Below, one piece after another: positions 26,532-34,553 of a stretch of 49,885 bases of DNA (positions are counted from its first letter, which is position 1; each line of letters opens with the position of its first letter). Source of the stretch: Deltaproteobacteria bacterium (GTDB lineage Bacteria > Desulfobacterota > Desulfuromonadia > Geobacterales > Pseudopelobacteraceae); contig JACRCG010000234.1 in NCBI GenBank assembly GCA_016219145.1, positions 1 through 49,885 on the forward strand. Direction: 5' to 3'. Under the pieces are notes generated by a model, which saw only the letters and a list, made by a program, of their open reading frames with translations, did not search any database and was not told where the DNA came from. Position numbers and translations under genes: made by a program.

Positions 26532-27572
26532 TTACGCCGCCAGCGGCAGCCGGTTATCGGCGATGGAGGTCACGCAGCGCTCAAGGCACTCCGGGTCGCC
26601 GCCGTTGATATCGTTCTTGAGATGCCAGGCCACGGCCGGACAACCCCCGTGGCACTGGTCAAAGCGGGTGCACTCCTCGCAGGAGTGGATGCGCAGGCTG
26701 CGGAACGATTCATATATCTCCGAACTGTCCCAGATCTCCTGAAAACTGCTGCTGCGGAGGTTGCCGGCCTCGAAGCGCTCGCTCTGCAAAAACGCGCAGG
26801 GATACATGTGACCGGTCGGACTGACGCAGCAGGTCAGCTTGGCCGCTCCACACAGGTTCAGTCCCAGTCCCTGGCGCTCCTGGCTTGTCAGCGAAAAAAA
26901 GCTGTCGCCGGTTCGTACATCGCCGCTGGCGGCCAGCCAGTCCGAGAACGCCAGCAGCTGGGTAGGCGTAGGGCGCAGCGCTTCCCAATTGTCAGCTCCG
27001 CGCCCGGAAGGGCGGAAACGGCTGACCCGCAGCGAAACACCCAGAGATTTGGCCAGGGTGTGCATGGCCGGGATCTCGTCGGCATTCTGGGTAGTCAGGA
27101 CAGTATTGATACTGGTCGGAATTCTGGTGGCAGCCAGCAGCTTGACCGCCTGTATGGCTGCATCGAAGACGCCTTTGCCGCGCACGGCATCGCAGGTTTC
27201 CCGCCGGGCCCCGTCCAGGCTGACCTGAATGGCCACCAGACGGTTGACGGACAGGCGTTTGACCAGCTCGGGCGTGATCAGAGTGCCGTTGGTGGAGATG
27301 CAGGTCATGATGCCATGCCCGTGGCAGGCCGCCAGGATCTGCTCGAAATCGGGGCGGATGAACGGCTCGCCGCCGCCGAAATTGACCTGAAAGACACCGG
27401 CCGCGTGCAGCTGCTCAACCAGATCAAGAGCTTCAGTGGTGGAGAGCTCGTTGCGGGCCTTTTCTCCCGAAGACGAGAGGCAGTGGCTGCAGCGCAGGTT
27501 GCAGGCCAGCGTGACCTCCCAGGTCAGGTTTACCGGGGAACGCATCCCCATTTCGACGTATTTATTGCTCAC
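26532..27572 (-). CDS. mftC: Mycofactocin radical SAM maturase (rSAM/SPASM)
   Basis: ..PVNLTWEVTLACNLRCSHCLSSSG.. carries the CxxxCxxC motif, with GGGEP and a C-terminal SPASM Cys-rich region (CGAAKLTCCVSPTGHMYPCAF .. CEEC..C.GGCPA). The start is uncertain: GTG at 27572 after AAGGA, or ATG at 27551. The ORF-track start at 27773 would overlap all of mftB. Confidence 0.85.
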   Translation of the reverse strand: MSNKYVEMGMRSPVNLTWEVTLACNLRCSHCLSSSGEKARNELSTTEALDLVEQLHAAGVFQVNFGGGEPFIRPDFEQILAACHGHGIMTCISTNGTLITPELVKRLSVNRLVAIQVSLDGARRETCDAVRGKGVFDAAIQAVKLLAATRIPTSINTVLTTQNADEIPAMHTLAKSLGVSLRVSRFRPSGRGADNWEALRPTPTQLLAFSDWLAASGDVRTGDSFFSLTSQERQGLGLNLCGAAKLTCCVSPTGHMYPCAFLQSERFEAGNLRSSSFQEIWDSSEIYESFRSLRIHSCEECTRFDQCHGGCPAVAWHLKNDINGGDPECLERCVTSIADNRLPLAA

Positions 27573-27810
27573 AGAGAAATCCTTTTTCCAGGAGTTGTGT
27601 GACGAATGTTTGTAAGGCCTTCTTCTCGGAATCCCGTGTGCCGGCTGGAAACTCATCCCGGCTGCGCACTGTTCCGAAGAAATCGGCGGGAATAAGATTG
27701 CCGGTTGCGGCGAAGAGCAGGCGCGGCCCCCTGTTGTCGTAAAACAGGAGGCCGAACCGCTCTTGCCTGGCACGGCAGGATGGATGCAGCTTTATGCCTG
27801 CCGCAGCCAT
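27562..27810 (-). CDS. mftB: Mycofactocin peptide chaperone (PqqD-family RRE protein)
   Basis: 82 aa from MAAAGIKLHPSCRARQERFGLLFYDNRGPRLLF.., the MftB-like pattern. The ATG lies 1 nt after the mftA stop. Confidence 0.8.
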   Translation of the reverse strand: MAAAGIKLHPSCRARQERFGLLFYDNRGPRLLFAATGNLIPADFFGTVRSRDEFPAGTRDSEKKALQTFVTQLLEKGFLCEQ

Positions 27811-27811
27811 C

Positions 27812-27919
27812 CTAGTAGACCCCGCAAATCCCGTCGAATGCAAGTACCTCAACCAGGATTTCCTCAAGGATGCGAGGCTCTTCACTGCATGTTACTTCTG
27901 CCTGATTTTCAACTTCCAT
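27812..27919 (-). CDS. mftA: Mycofactocin precursor peptide
   Basis: 35 aa, MEVENQAEVTCSEEPRILEEILVEVLAFDGICGVY*. The C-terminal (I/F)DG(M/I)CGVY is the MftA hallmark. A strong RBS (AAGGAG) lies 6 nt upstream, and mftB and mftC follow directly. Confidence 0.9.
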   Translation of the reverse strand: MEVENQAEVTCSEEPRILEEILVEVLAFDGICGVY

Positions 27920-27982
27920 GTTATTCTCCTTTCGTGCTTTGTCGCGCCGTATTGCAGGTGCGTTGCTGTGTAATCCGATTGT

Positions 27983-27998
27983 TGCAACGGCAGTGCCA
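27983..27998 (-). promoter_or_regulatory. Sigma-54 (-24/-12) promoter of the mft operon
   Basis: The minus strand reads TGGCACtgccgTTGCA, a perfect match to TGGCAC-N5-TTGCA, about 65 nt upstream of the mftA ATG. Confidence 0.8.
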
Positions 27999-28070
27999 AT
28001 AATTATAATCTGAATATTCTGAGTCATTACAGGCAGTTTGCTGATAACTCCTTGACTGTATACAGAGCTG

Positions 28071-28160
28071 TGTGGAGAAATGGGACACATTGATATTGGA
28101 CGATTAATCCAGATGACCGGCGATGTGGGGAATATTGCAACAGTGAGTATATTACCCACA
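28071..28160. promoter_or_regulatory. Candidate enhancer (UAS) half-sites TGTGGrGAAw upstream of the mft sigma-54 promoter
   Basis: TGTGGAGAAAT (28071-28081), TGTGGGGAATA (28124-28134) and the inverted ATTACCCACA (28151-28160). The first 11-mer recurs exactly, in reverse complement, at 40331-40341. Confidence 0.4.
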
Positions 28161-28250
28161 GTATTTCAAAGCTGATTCGCATGAATGGAGCATCCGGTTA
28201 TGGGAATGAAGTCTGCATGAAGGGAAGATCAAATCAGAGCATCCATTTGT

Positions 28251-28760
28251 ATGGGAGAAAATCCGATGCACGAAAAAAATTCCTGCTGTTCATATTGCGG
28301 CAGCAGATACCGGGCCGCTGAACTCTGGCCAATTACGTGTCATTCTTGTGGCAACACCAATTACCTGAATCCTGTGCCGGTGGTGGTTTTGCTGGCGCCG
28401 GTCGGAGACGGGCTGGTGGTGGCCAGAAGAAATATCGAACCGCAGAAAGGGACTCTGGTATTGCCGGGAGGCTATCTGGATCTGGGGGAGACCTGGCAGG
28501 AGGGGGCGGCGCGGGAGCTGTATGAGGAAACCGGGATACAGGTTTCTGCCAAAGAGATATCTCTGTACGATGTCGCGAACGGTCTGGACAATACTCTGGT
28601 TATCAGCGGTCTGGCGGCTCGGCGGCCCCGCAGCTGCCTGAAGCCGTTCTCGTCCGACGAAACCCTGGAGATCGCCCTGATCGAAGAGCCGGTGGAACTC
28701 GGATTTCCGCTGCATAATTTGCTGGTGCAGCGATACTTTGCTGAAACAGGCCTGCGGTAG
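28251..28760 (+). CDS. Nudix hydrolase with an N-terminal C4 zinc ribbon (NudC/NADH-pyrophosphatase-like architecture)
   Basis: Zinc ribbon CCSYCGS..(17)..CHSCGN. Nudix box GGYLDLGETWQEGAARELYEETGI. An alternative start at 28266 (M6) has the better RBS (GGGAGA). Confidence 0.8.
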   Translation: MGENPMHEKNSCCSYCGSRYRAAELWPITCHSCGNTNYLNPVPVVVLLAPVGDGLVVARRNIEPQKGTLVLPGGYLDLGETWQEGAARELYEETGIQVSAKEISLYDVANGLDNTLVISGLAARRPRSCLKPFSSDETLEIALIEEPVELGFPLHNLLVQRYFAETGLR

Positions 28761-28798
28761 AGCTACTATATTGGATCAGCACTGCATCGTAGTTAATT

Positions 28799-28907
28799 CC
28801 TTCTCCCTGGGGGAGAAGGTGGCCAAAGGCCGGATGAGGGGGGGCAGCAGTGCGAGTGACATCAACATTTTCCCCTCACCCTAACCCTCTCCCTCAGGGA
28901 GAGGGGA
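28799..28907. repeat. G/C-rich palindromic intergenic element (CCCTCTCCC..GGGAGAGGG type)
   Basis: Hairpins CCTTCTCCC-tggg-GGAGAAGG (28799-28819) and CCCTCTCCC-tca-GGGAGAGGG (28886-28906). Confidence 0.8.
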
Positions 28908-28923
28908 TACATTTATACCCATA

Positions 28924-30105
28924 ATGAAAACCGTCCGCTCCAACATCAGAAAGCTGTACGCCTTTTCCTTCCTGCAGATGACGCTCTTTCCGATGGCGAT
29001 CATCACCCTGTTCTGGAAGGATCAGATCGGCCTTTCCCTGACGCAGATCCTGCTGTTGCAGGGCATACTCTCGGTGTCGATGGTGTTGATGGAGTATCCC
29101 AGCGGCTACATCAGCGACCGGATCGGCTACCGTGTCTCCCTCACTCTGGCCTCGCTGCTCGGCATGCTCGGCTGGGGGATCTATACGGTGGCGACCAGCT
29201 TTGCCCACGTCATGATCGCCGAGATTCTTCTGGGGACATCTCTGGCCTTCATCAGCGGATCGGACAGCGCCCTGTTGTATGAAACCCTCAAGCAGGAAGG
29301 CTCGGAGCTGGACTATGCGCGTCATCAGGGGCGCATGGGGGGCTATTCCCAGGCCGGTGAGGCGTTGGGTGCGGTATTTGCGGGGGGCATGTATGCGGCG
29401 GCGCCGCTGCTTCCTTTCTTTCTGCAGATCGGAGTCTGGTTTCTGGCTCTGCTGCTGACCCGTGCGATGGTCGAGCCGCCCAGGGAAATCACTCCGCATG
29501 CCGGACATCTGGCGGAGGCCCTGCGCACGGCTCGCTATGCCTTCGTCGAAAACAAGAGCCTGCGCTACACTATCCTGCTCAACACCGTGCTGGGAATCGC
29601 CTCGTTTTATCCGGTCTGGCTGGTCCAGCCCTACATGCAGCAGGCCGGAGTGCCGCTGACCTGGTTCGGCCCGGTCTGGTGCGGGGCAAACCTGACCGTA
29701 GCAATTTTTTCCCTGGCCAGCCACCGCACAACCTCTTATCTGGGTGAGCGCTTGATGGTTCCGATGTTTCTGATCCTGATAGTTATCGGTTATGTCGGTC
29801 TGGGGGCCATAGGCGGGTTGTGGGGATTTCTGTTCTATTATCTGTTGACGACCATGCGTGGTCTGCGCGGGCCGATGATGCTCAACATTACCCAGAAGGA
29901 GTGCCCTTCAGCCAACCGGGCCGGAATTTTATCGCTGCAGTCGCTCTGTTTCCGCCTGCTGTTCGTCTGCACCGGTCCGCTGGTGGGGATGCTGGCAGAC
30001 AGGGGAGGAGTCAGGCATACGTTCGTGTATCTGCTGGCCGGATTCATGATAGTACTTCCGCCACTGGTTTACCTGTTTTTGCGGAACCATCCCAAGGTGA
30101 AATAA
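28924..30105 (+). CDS. MFS transporter
   Basis: 393 aa, about 12 predicted TM segments, with the MFS loop motif ..GYISDRIGYR... Confidence 0.8.
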   Translation: MKTVRSNIRKLYAFSFLQMTLFPMAIITLFWKDQIGLSLTQILLLQGILSVSMVLMEYPSGYISDRIGYRVSLTLASLLGMLGWGIYTVATSFAHVMIAEILLGTSLAFISGSDSALLYETLKQEGSELDYARHQGRMGGYSQAGEALGAVFAGGMYAAAPLLPFFLQIGVWFLALLLTRAMVEPPREITPHAGHLAEALRTARYAFVENKSLRYTILLNTVLGIASFYPVWLVQPYMQQAGVPLTWFGPVWCGANLTVAIFSLASHRTTSYLGERLMVPMFLILIVIGYVGLGAIGGLWGFLFYYLLTTMRGLRGPMMLNITQKECPSANRAGILSLQSLCFRLLFVCTGPLVGMLADRGGVRHTFVYLLAGFMIVLPPLVYLFLRNHPKVK

Positions 30106-30282
30106 AGAATGTTTTCATGCAAGCTTCCCTATTATTCAGTTGCGTTTGGAATATTTGACCTGTATACCGGATTTGGTTGTTTTGTTTTAACAGTTGCTCA
30201 TATTGGGGAGCGTGGGTTCAGGGGAGCCGATCTGAATAAACGGTTCTTACCTAGTACAATACTCTCGTAAAAGGAAAACATA

Positions 30283-31197
30283 ATGGCCATACCCGATTTT
30301 CAGCGTATCATGCTCCCACTCCTCAAATTTATTGCGGACGGGCAAGAACACACCAATCGTGAGGCTATCGATGCTCTGGCAAAAGAATTCGCACTAACAG
30401 AGGATGAACAGAAACAGCTCCTTCCAAGTGGTCAGCAATGCGTTTTCGATAACAGGGTTGCATGGGCTCGCGCCCATATGAAAATGGCCGGTCTGGTTGA
30501 AAATACAAAACGGGGCATTTTCCAAATAACAAAACGCGGGACGCAGCTATTAAAGAAAACTCCTTCCGAAATCAACTTGCGCATTTTGCGAGATTTCCCG
30601 GAATACATTGATGCAAGAGATCGGAACCAAGTCAAACAAACCGGAGAAAATTCAGCAATTACAGACGAGCAGGAAAGTAAGACACCAGCGGAGCGTCTGG
30701 AAGAAGCGTATGAAATGCTACGAAAGAATCTTGCCGGCGAGATCCTTTCTCAATTGAAAGCATCATCTCCGAATTTCTTCGAAAAAGTTGTTGTCGAGGT
30801 TTTGGTAAAAATGGGATATGGCGGTTCTCGTAAAGATGCCGGTCAAGCTATCGGTCGAAGCGGTGATGAAGGCATCGACGGCATCATTAAAGAAGACCGT
30901 CTGGGCCTCGACATCATTTACATACAGGCCAAAAGATGGGAGAATACTGTCACACGCCCTGAAATTCAGAAATTTGCAGGAGCCTTGCAGGGGAAACGCG
31001 CTCGTAAAGGAATTTTTATCACCACCTCGGATTTCTCTCAAAACTCCCACGAGTACGTATCTGCAATTGAAAGCAAGATTATTCTGATTGACGGTCAACA
31101 ACTGTCACAACTCATGATCGATTTCGGCGTTGGGGTTGCGACTGATGCGATATATGAATTGAAAAGATTGGATTCAGACTATTTTACAGAGAGCTAA
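30283..31197 (+). CDS. mrr: Mrr-family restriction endonuclease (Mrr_N winged helix plus Mrr catalytic domain)
   Basis: 304 aa. MAIPDFQRIMLPLLKFIADGQEH.. is an Mrr_N pattern. The catalytic core reads ..GDEGIDGII..DIIYIQAKRW.. (D..QAK). Confidence 0.85.
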   Translation: MAIPDFQRIMLPLLKFIADGQEHTNREAIDALAKEFALTEDEQKQLLPSGQQCVFDNRVAWARAHMKMAGLVENTKRGIFQITKRGTQLLKKTPSEINLRILRDFPEYIDARDRNQVKQTGENSAITDEQESKTPAERLEEAYEMLRKNLAGEILSQLKASSPNFFEKVVVEVLVKMGYGGSRKDAGQAIGRSGDEGIDGIIKEDRLGLDIIYIQAKRWENTVTRPEIQKFAGALQGKRARKGIFITTSDFSQNSHEYVSAIESKIILIDGQQLSQLMIDFGVGVATDAIYELKRLDSDYFTES

Positions 31198-31209
31198 GGA
31201 GATACTCAT

Positions 31210-31428
31210 ATGAAAGTTGCATCCACACAACAAAAAAACGCAAAACCATTAAAAACGCCAAAACTAAACCGAAACAATGTGACGGAATTGTCCGTATATC
31301 TTGCCGAACGTGAACGCCAGCGGCAAACATTGGTACACAGCCTGAAAGGCAAATTCAGCGATATGAAATTCAGCAGTGAGGATCTTATTAAACAGCGTCG
31401 GTCAGAAACTTTATTGGAGGGACGCTGA
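31210..31428 (+). CDS. Putative VapB-like antitoxin
   Basis: 72 aa. Its stop overlaps the PIN toxin start (TGATG). The ..LKGKFSDMKFSSEDLIKQRRSE.. tail resembles antitoxins paired with VapC. Confidence 0.55.
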   Translation: MKVASTQQKNAKPLKTPKLNRNNVTELSVYLAERERQRQTLVHSLKGKFSDMKFSSEDLIKQRRSETLLEGR

Positions 31429-31835
31429 TGCACTATGTACTTGATGCATGTGCCTTACTTGCCTTTTTGAGGGGGGAGGAGGGAGCGGACAAGATCGAAA
31501 CGCTGCTTCTTGACAACAATAATCGTTGTATGGCACACGCGGTCAATCTGTGTGAGGTCTATTTCAACCTTGTGCGAGAGTATGGAGAAACCACGGCTCG
31601 CGCGGCAATGCAGAATTTCAAGGATATTGGTGTGTTGCCGGTGGACGATATGTCCGAGCCATTCTGGCAGGATGCTGGAAATCTCAAGGCCACGATCAAA
31701 CGCATCTCTCTTGCGGATTGCTTTGGACTTGTAACCGCCCGTAATTTCAAATCCCCTTTTGTCACTTCTGACCACCATGAGCTTGAAGCAGTATCACGAC
31801 ATTTTCCAGAAATTGAGATTATGTTTTTCAGGTGA
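31428..31835 (+). CDS. vapC: PIN-domain toxin VapC
   Basis: 135 aa, MHYVLDACALLAFLRGEEG.. (N-terminal acidic D) with ..TSDHHELE.. near the C-terminus. Classic PIN spacing. Confidence 0.8.
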   Translation: MHYVLDACALLAFLRGEEGADKIETLLLDNNNRCMAHAVNLCEVYFNLVREYGETTARAAMQNFKDIGVLPVDDMSEPFWQDAGNLKATIKRISLADCFGLVTARNFKSPFVTSDHHELEAVSRHFPEIEIMFFR

Positions 31836-31923
31836 TTGCTTAAAACGAAAGAGTTGACACCCGCCTCATATTCTAACCGCAGAGAATAACCGAATATTCA
31901 ACAAAGCTTGGAAGAAAAATGAT

Positions 31924-31962
31924 TTGACTTGAAACAATCACTAGCGTACGATTTAACGTACG
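31924..31962 (+). promoter_or_regulatory. yefM-yoeB promoter/operator with two CGTACG palindromes spaced 12 bp centre to centre
   Basis: TTGACT (31924-31929), 17 nt, TACGAT. CGTACG occurs at 31945-31950 and 31957-31962. This is the same geometry as the TGTACA core pair of the E. coli yefM-yoeB operator. Confidence 0.55.
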
Positions 31963-31980
31963 AAATGGAGGGAATTGAAA

Positions 31981-32223
31981 ATGACAACACTATCAGCAAC
32001 AGAAGCAAGAAAATCCCTATATAATCTTGTCGATGATGTCGCTTTATCGCATGACCCAATCCAGATTGTTGGCAAACGGCATTCAGCAGTTCTCATCTCA
32101 GAAGACGATTGGCGTGCTATTCAGGAAACTTTGTATCTCACTTCAATTCCAGGAATGCGAGAATCCATCAAGAAAGGCCTCAAAACCCCAGTATCCGAGT
32201 GCAGTGAGGAACTTGCATGGTAA
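31981..32223 (+). CDS. yefM: YefM/Phd-family antitoxin
   Basis: MTTLSATEARKSLYNLVDDVALSHDPIQIVGKRHSAVLISEDDWRAIQETLYL... The ATG at 31981 follows GGAGG. The ORF-track start is a TTG 6 nt upstream. Confidence 0.9.
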   Translation: MTTLSATEARKSLYNLVDDVALSHDPIQIVGKRHSAVLISEDDWRAIQETLYLTSIPGMRESIKKGLKTPVSECSEELAW

Positions 32224-32483
32224 GTTGGCAACTTGTATTTACCAAGCAAGCGCAAAAAGATGCAAAAAAGATCGCGCACTCCGGGTTAAAGCCTCAAGCC
32301 GAACGACTACTTGAAATCATCAAAGAAAATCCCTTCAAAACCCCCCCACCATACGAAAAACTTGTCGGCGATCTGTCAGGTGCATATTCCCGCAGAATCA
32401 ATATTCAGCATCGACTGGTTTATGAGGTGCTAGAAGATATCAAAACAATAAAAGTAATCCGCATGTGGACGCATTACGAATAA
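32217..32483 (+). CDS. yoeB: YoeB/Txe-family toxin
   Basis: 88 aa, ..LVFTKQAQKDAKKI..ENPFKTPPPYEKLVGDLSGAYSRRINIQHRLVYEV...IKVIRMWTHYE*. Confidence 0.92.
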   Translation: MVSWQLVFTKQAQKDAKKIAHSGLKPQAERLLEIIKENPFKTPPPYEKLVGDLSGAYSRRINIQHRLVYEVLEDIKTIKVIRMWTHYE

Positions 32484-32573
32484 CTGATCATCCGGCCCTC
32501 GGCGGCAGCAGGTCGGCGCGGATGACCGCATTGGGTTGCACAGGTTCGAATGAGTGTGATCCCGCCAGACTCC

Positions 32574-34553
32574 CTAGGAGACCGGCAGCATTACAGTAAA
32601 CTTTGCCCCCTTTCCTGCCCGGCTTTCAACCTTGATCTCACCGCCATGCCGCTTGACGATGTTGTAGGTCAGGGCCAGGCCGAGGCCGACCCCTTCACCG
32701 ACATCCTTGGTTGTGAAGAACGGGTCCCAGATGCGGTCAATTATATCCTGAGCAATACCGCAGCCGGTGTCACGCACCTGAACATACACAACCCGGTCCT
32801 TGGCAGAGTGAGTTGTTGATATTTCAACCCTGCCGCCATCCTTGGTCGCATGACACGCATTGATCAGCAGGTTCATGAATACCTGGCGCAGCCCGGATGA
32901 GTCCCCCAGAATAGAGGGAATATTCTCTTTCAGCCTGGCAACGACTTCCATCTCGTCGTAGTTGGGCTGATGCTTGATCAGTTCCAGAATTTCCCTAATC
33001 AGGCCGTTCAGGTTAACGGTGCCGATCAAGCCATCAGACTTTCTTCCAAATTTGAGCAGACTGCCGATAATCCCTTTGCAGTGGTAGGCCTCCCGGACAA
33101 TGACTTCCAGATATCTGGGGAAGTCCTCCAGCCTGGTATCGCTGCCCAGTGAGGGCTCTTCGCGAAAACGACGCAGAAGAGCCTCGGCATACCCGGCTAC
33201 CGAGGTGAGCGGGTTGTTGATTTCGTGGGCAATACCGGTTGAAAGCACCCCGATGCTCGACATTTTTTCTGTCTGGATCAACTGCATTTCTTGCAGCCTT
33301 TTATGTGTCACATCGCGCAGAAAAACCAGCGCCCTGGTTTTCTCCCCCATCTCATCCTTGATCGGGCTGGCTGTAATGTCAATGTAGCGGGCATCATGAC
33401 CTTCGCCCTCCAATACCATGGAAGTCTCGACCTGCTCACCGTGCAGAGCCAGTTCAACCGGACAGTTTTGTGGTGAAAAAGCGGTGTCCGGATGAAAGAC
33501 CTCCCGGCATCCTCCACTGGAAAGAACGTCCTCCGGGAAAAATTGCGGGCAGATGTGATTATGATGCTGAATCGCACCGTTATGGTCAAAGACAATAACG
33601 CCATCGTTAACTGCGTCAAAAATTGCCTGCAACTCGTTTTTCTTATTCCGCAGCCGGACCTCGTCCTGCTTGCGCTGGGTTACATCCTGTGTCGTGCCAT
33701 ACAGCTTCACAACTTGCCGGGCGATATTTACAGAAGGTTCGACAATCGTGAAAACCCATTTGGAGGTGCCATCCCTCAGCAACAGGCGATGCTCAATCTC
33801 GTAGTTATTGCCCTGTTCGGAGCCCTGCTGCATGAGGGCCAGAACGGATTCGCGATCATCGGGGTGGATCAGACTTGCCAAGGCTTCCGGTGTAGTTTCT
33901 TCGCGGCTGAGATTCATAATGCGAAGCAGTTCGTCAGAAACACGCAATTCGCCGCTCATCGGGTCCGAGCGCCATGATCCGACATGGGACATCGACTGGG
34001 CCTTGGCCAGATTATATTCGCTCTCCCGCAAGGATTCTTCCCAGCGTTTGCGTTCGGTGATATCGACCATGGCGGCATGGCACTCATCGCCAGACCCCAC
34101 CGCCATCGCTTCTATTCGCACGTACAGCGGCTGGTTGCCTTTGATTGCGAGTTTCACCCGGCAGGTCATTTTGTCGTGACCCTGAAAGACCATCCGCAGA
34201 AAATCAGCGAATACAAAGCGATCTACTTCGGAGATAAAGTGCTCGAAACGCAGGTTAGTCAGGGTCGCGCGTTCTGATTTAAGCAGGCAGGCTCCGGTCA
34301 GGTTAACGCTCCTGATAACACCCTTAAGGTCGAACGTGAAATATCCAACGGGAGCAAAGTCATACAAAAGTGCGTACTTATCGCGTGACGCCTCCAGCTC
34401 TTGCCTGCTGTTTCGCAACTCTTCGATCTGAAGCTCCAGCTCGCTCTGGCGGAGACGATATTGTTGAAGAAGTTTTGTCACATTCATTACGGTGCTGGAC
34501 GAGGAAGCATCAGCCTCGTCGCCAACCGGCGGTTTGGCAGTTCGGCGCGTCAT
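32574..34553 (-). CDS. Multi-PAS sensor histidine kinase (no cognate response regulator adjacent)
   Basis: 659 aa with a coiled coil, about 3 PAS modules, HisKA H-box GIAHEINNPL and HATPase_c (N, G1, G2 boxes). Its start overlaps the stop of the gldA-like gene (ATGA). It is a paralogue of the kinase at 42092-43309. Confidence 0.88.
   Translation of the reverse strand: MTRRTAKPPVGDEADASSSSTVMNVTKLLQQYRLRQSELELQIEELRNSRQELEASRDKYALLYDFAPVGYFTFDLKGVIRSVNLTGACLLKSERATLTNLRFEHFISEVDRFVFADFLRMVFQGHDKMTCRVKLAIKGNQPLYVRIEAMAVGSGDECHAAMVDITERKRWEESLRESEYNLAKAQSMSHVGSWRSDPMSGELRVSDELLRIMNLSREETTPEALASLIHPDDRESVLALMQQGSEQGNNYEIEHRLLLRDGTSKWVFTIVEPSVNIARQVVKLYGTTQDVTQRKQDEVRLRNKKNELQAIFDAVNDGVIVFDHNGAIQHHNHICPQFFPEDVLSSGGCREVFHPDTAFSPQNCPVELALHGEQVETSMVLEGEGHDARYIDITASPIKDEMGEKTRALVFLRDVTHKRLQEMQLIQTEKMSSIGVLSTGIAHEINNPLTSVAGYAEALLRRFREEPSLGSDTRLEDFPRYLEVIVREAYHCKGIIGSLLKFGRKSDGLIGTVNLNGLIREILELIKHQPNYDEMEVVARLKENIPSILGDSSGLRQVFMNLLINACHATKDGGRVEISTTHSAKDRVVYVQVRDTGCGIAQDIIDRIWDPFFTTKDVGEGVGLGLALTYNIVKRHGGEIKVESRAGKGAKFTVMLPVS

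Noticed and set aside
26403-27602. A 399-aa plus-strand ORF covering the REP element and the antisense strand of mftC.
   Set aside because: It starts inside the OYE gene, reads through the GTAGGGGCGA repeat (giving the tell-tale ..RANTRFAPT.. artefact) and is antisense to a motif-rich radical SAM CDS.
28894-29724. A 276-aa minus-strand ORF antisense to the MFS transporter gene.
   Set aside because: Its composition is highly basic (Arg/Gln/His-rich) and it has no motifs. The plus-strand frame gives a clean 12-TM transporter.
32520-32573. The tRNA-like string ..ACAGGTTCGAATGAG.. between yoeB and the kinase gene.
   Set aside because: It only resembles the T-loop GGTTCGAATCC. No acceptor, D or anticodon stems can be drawn, so it is not a tRNA.
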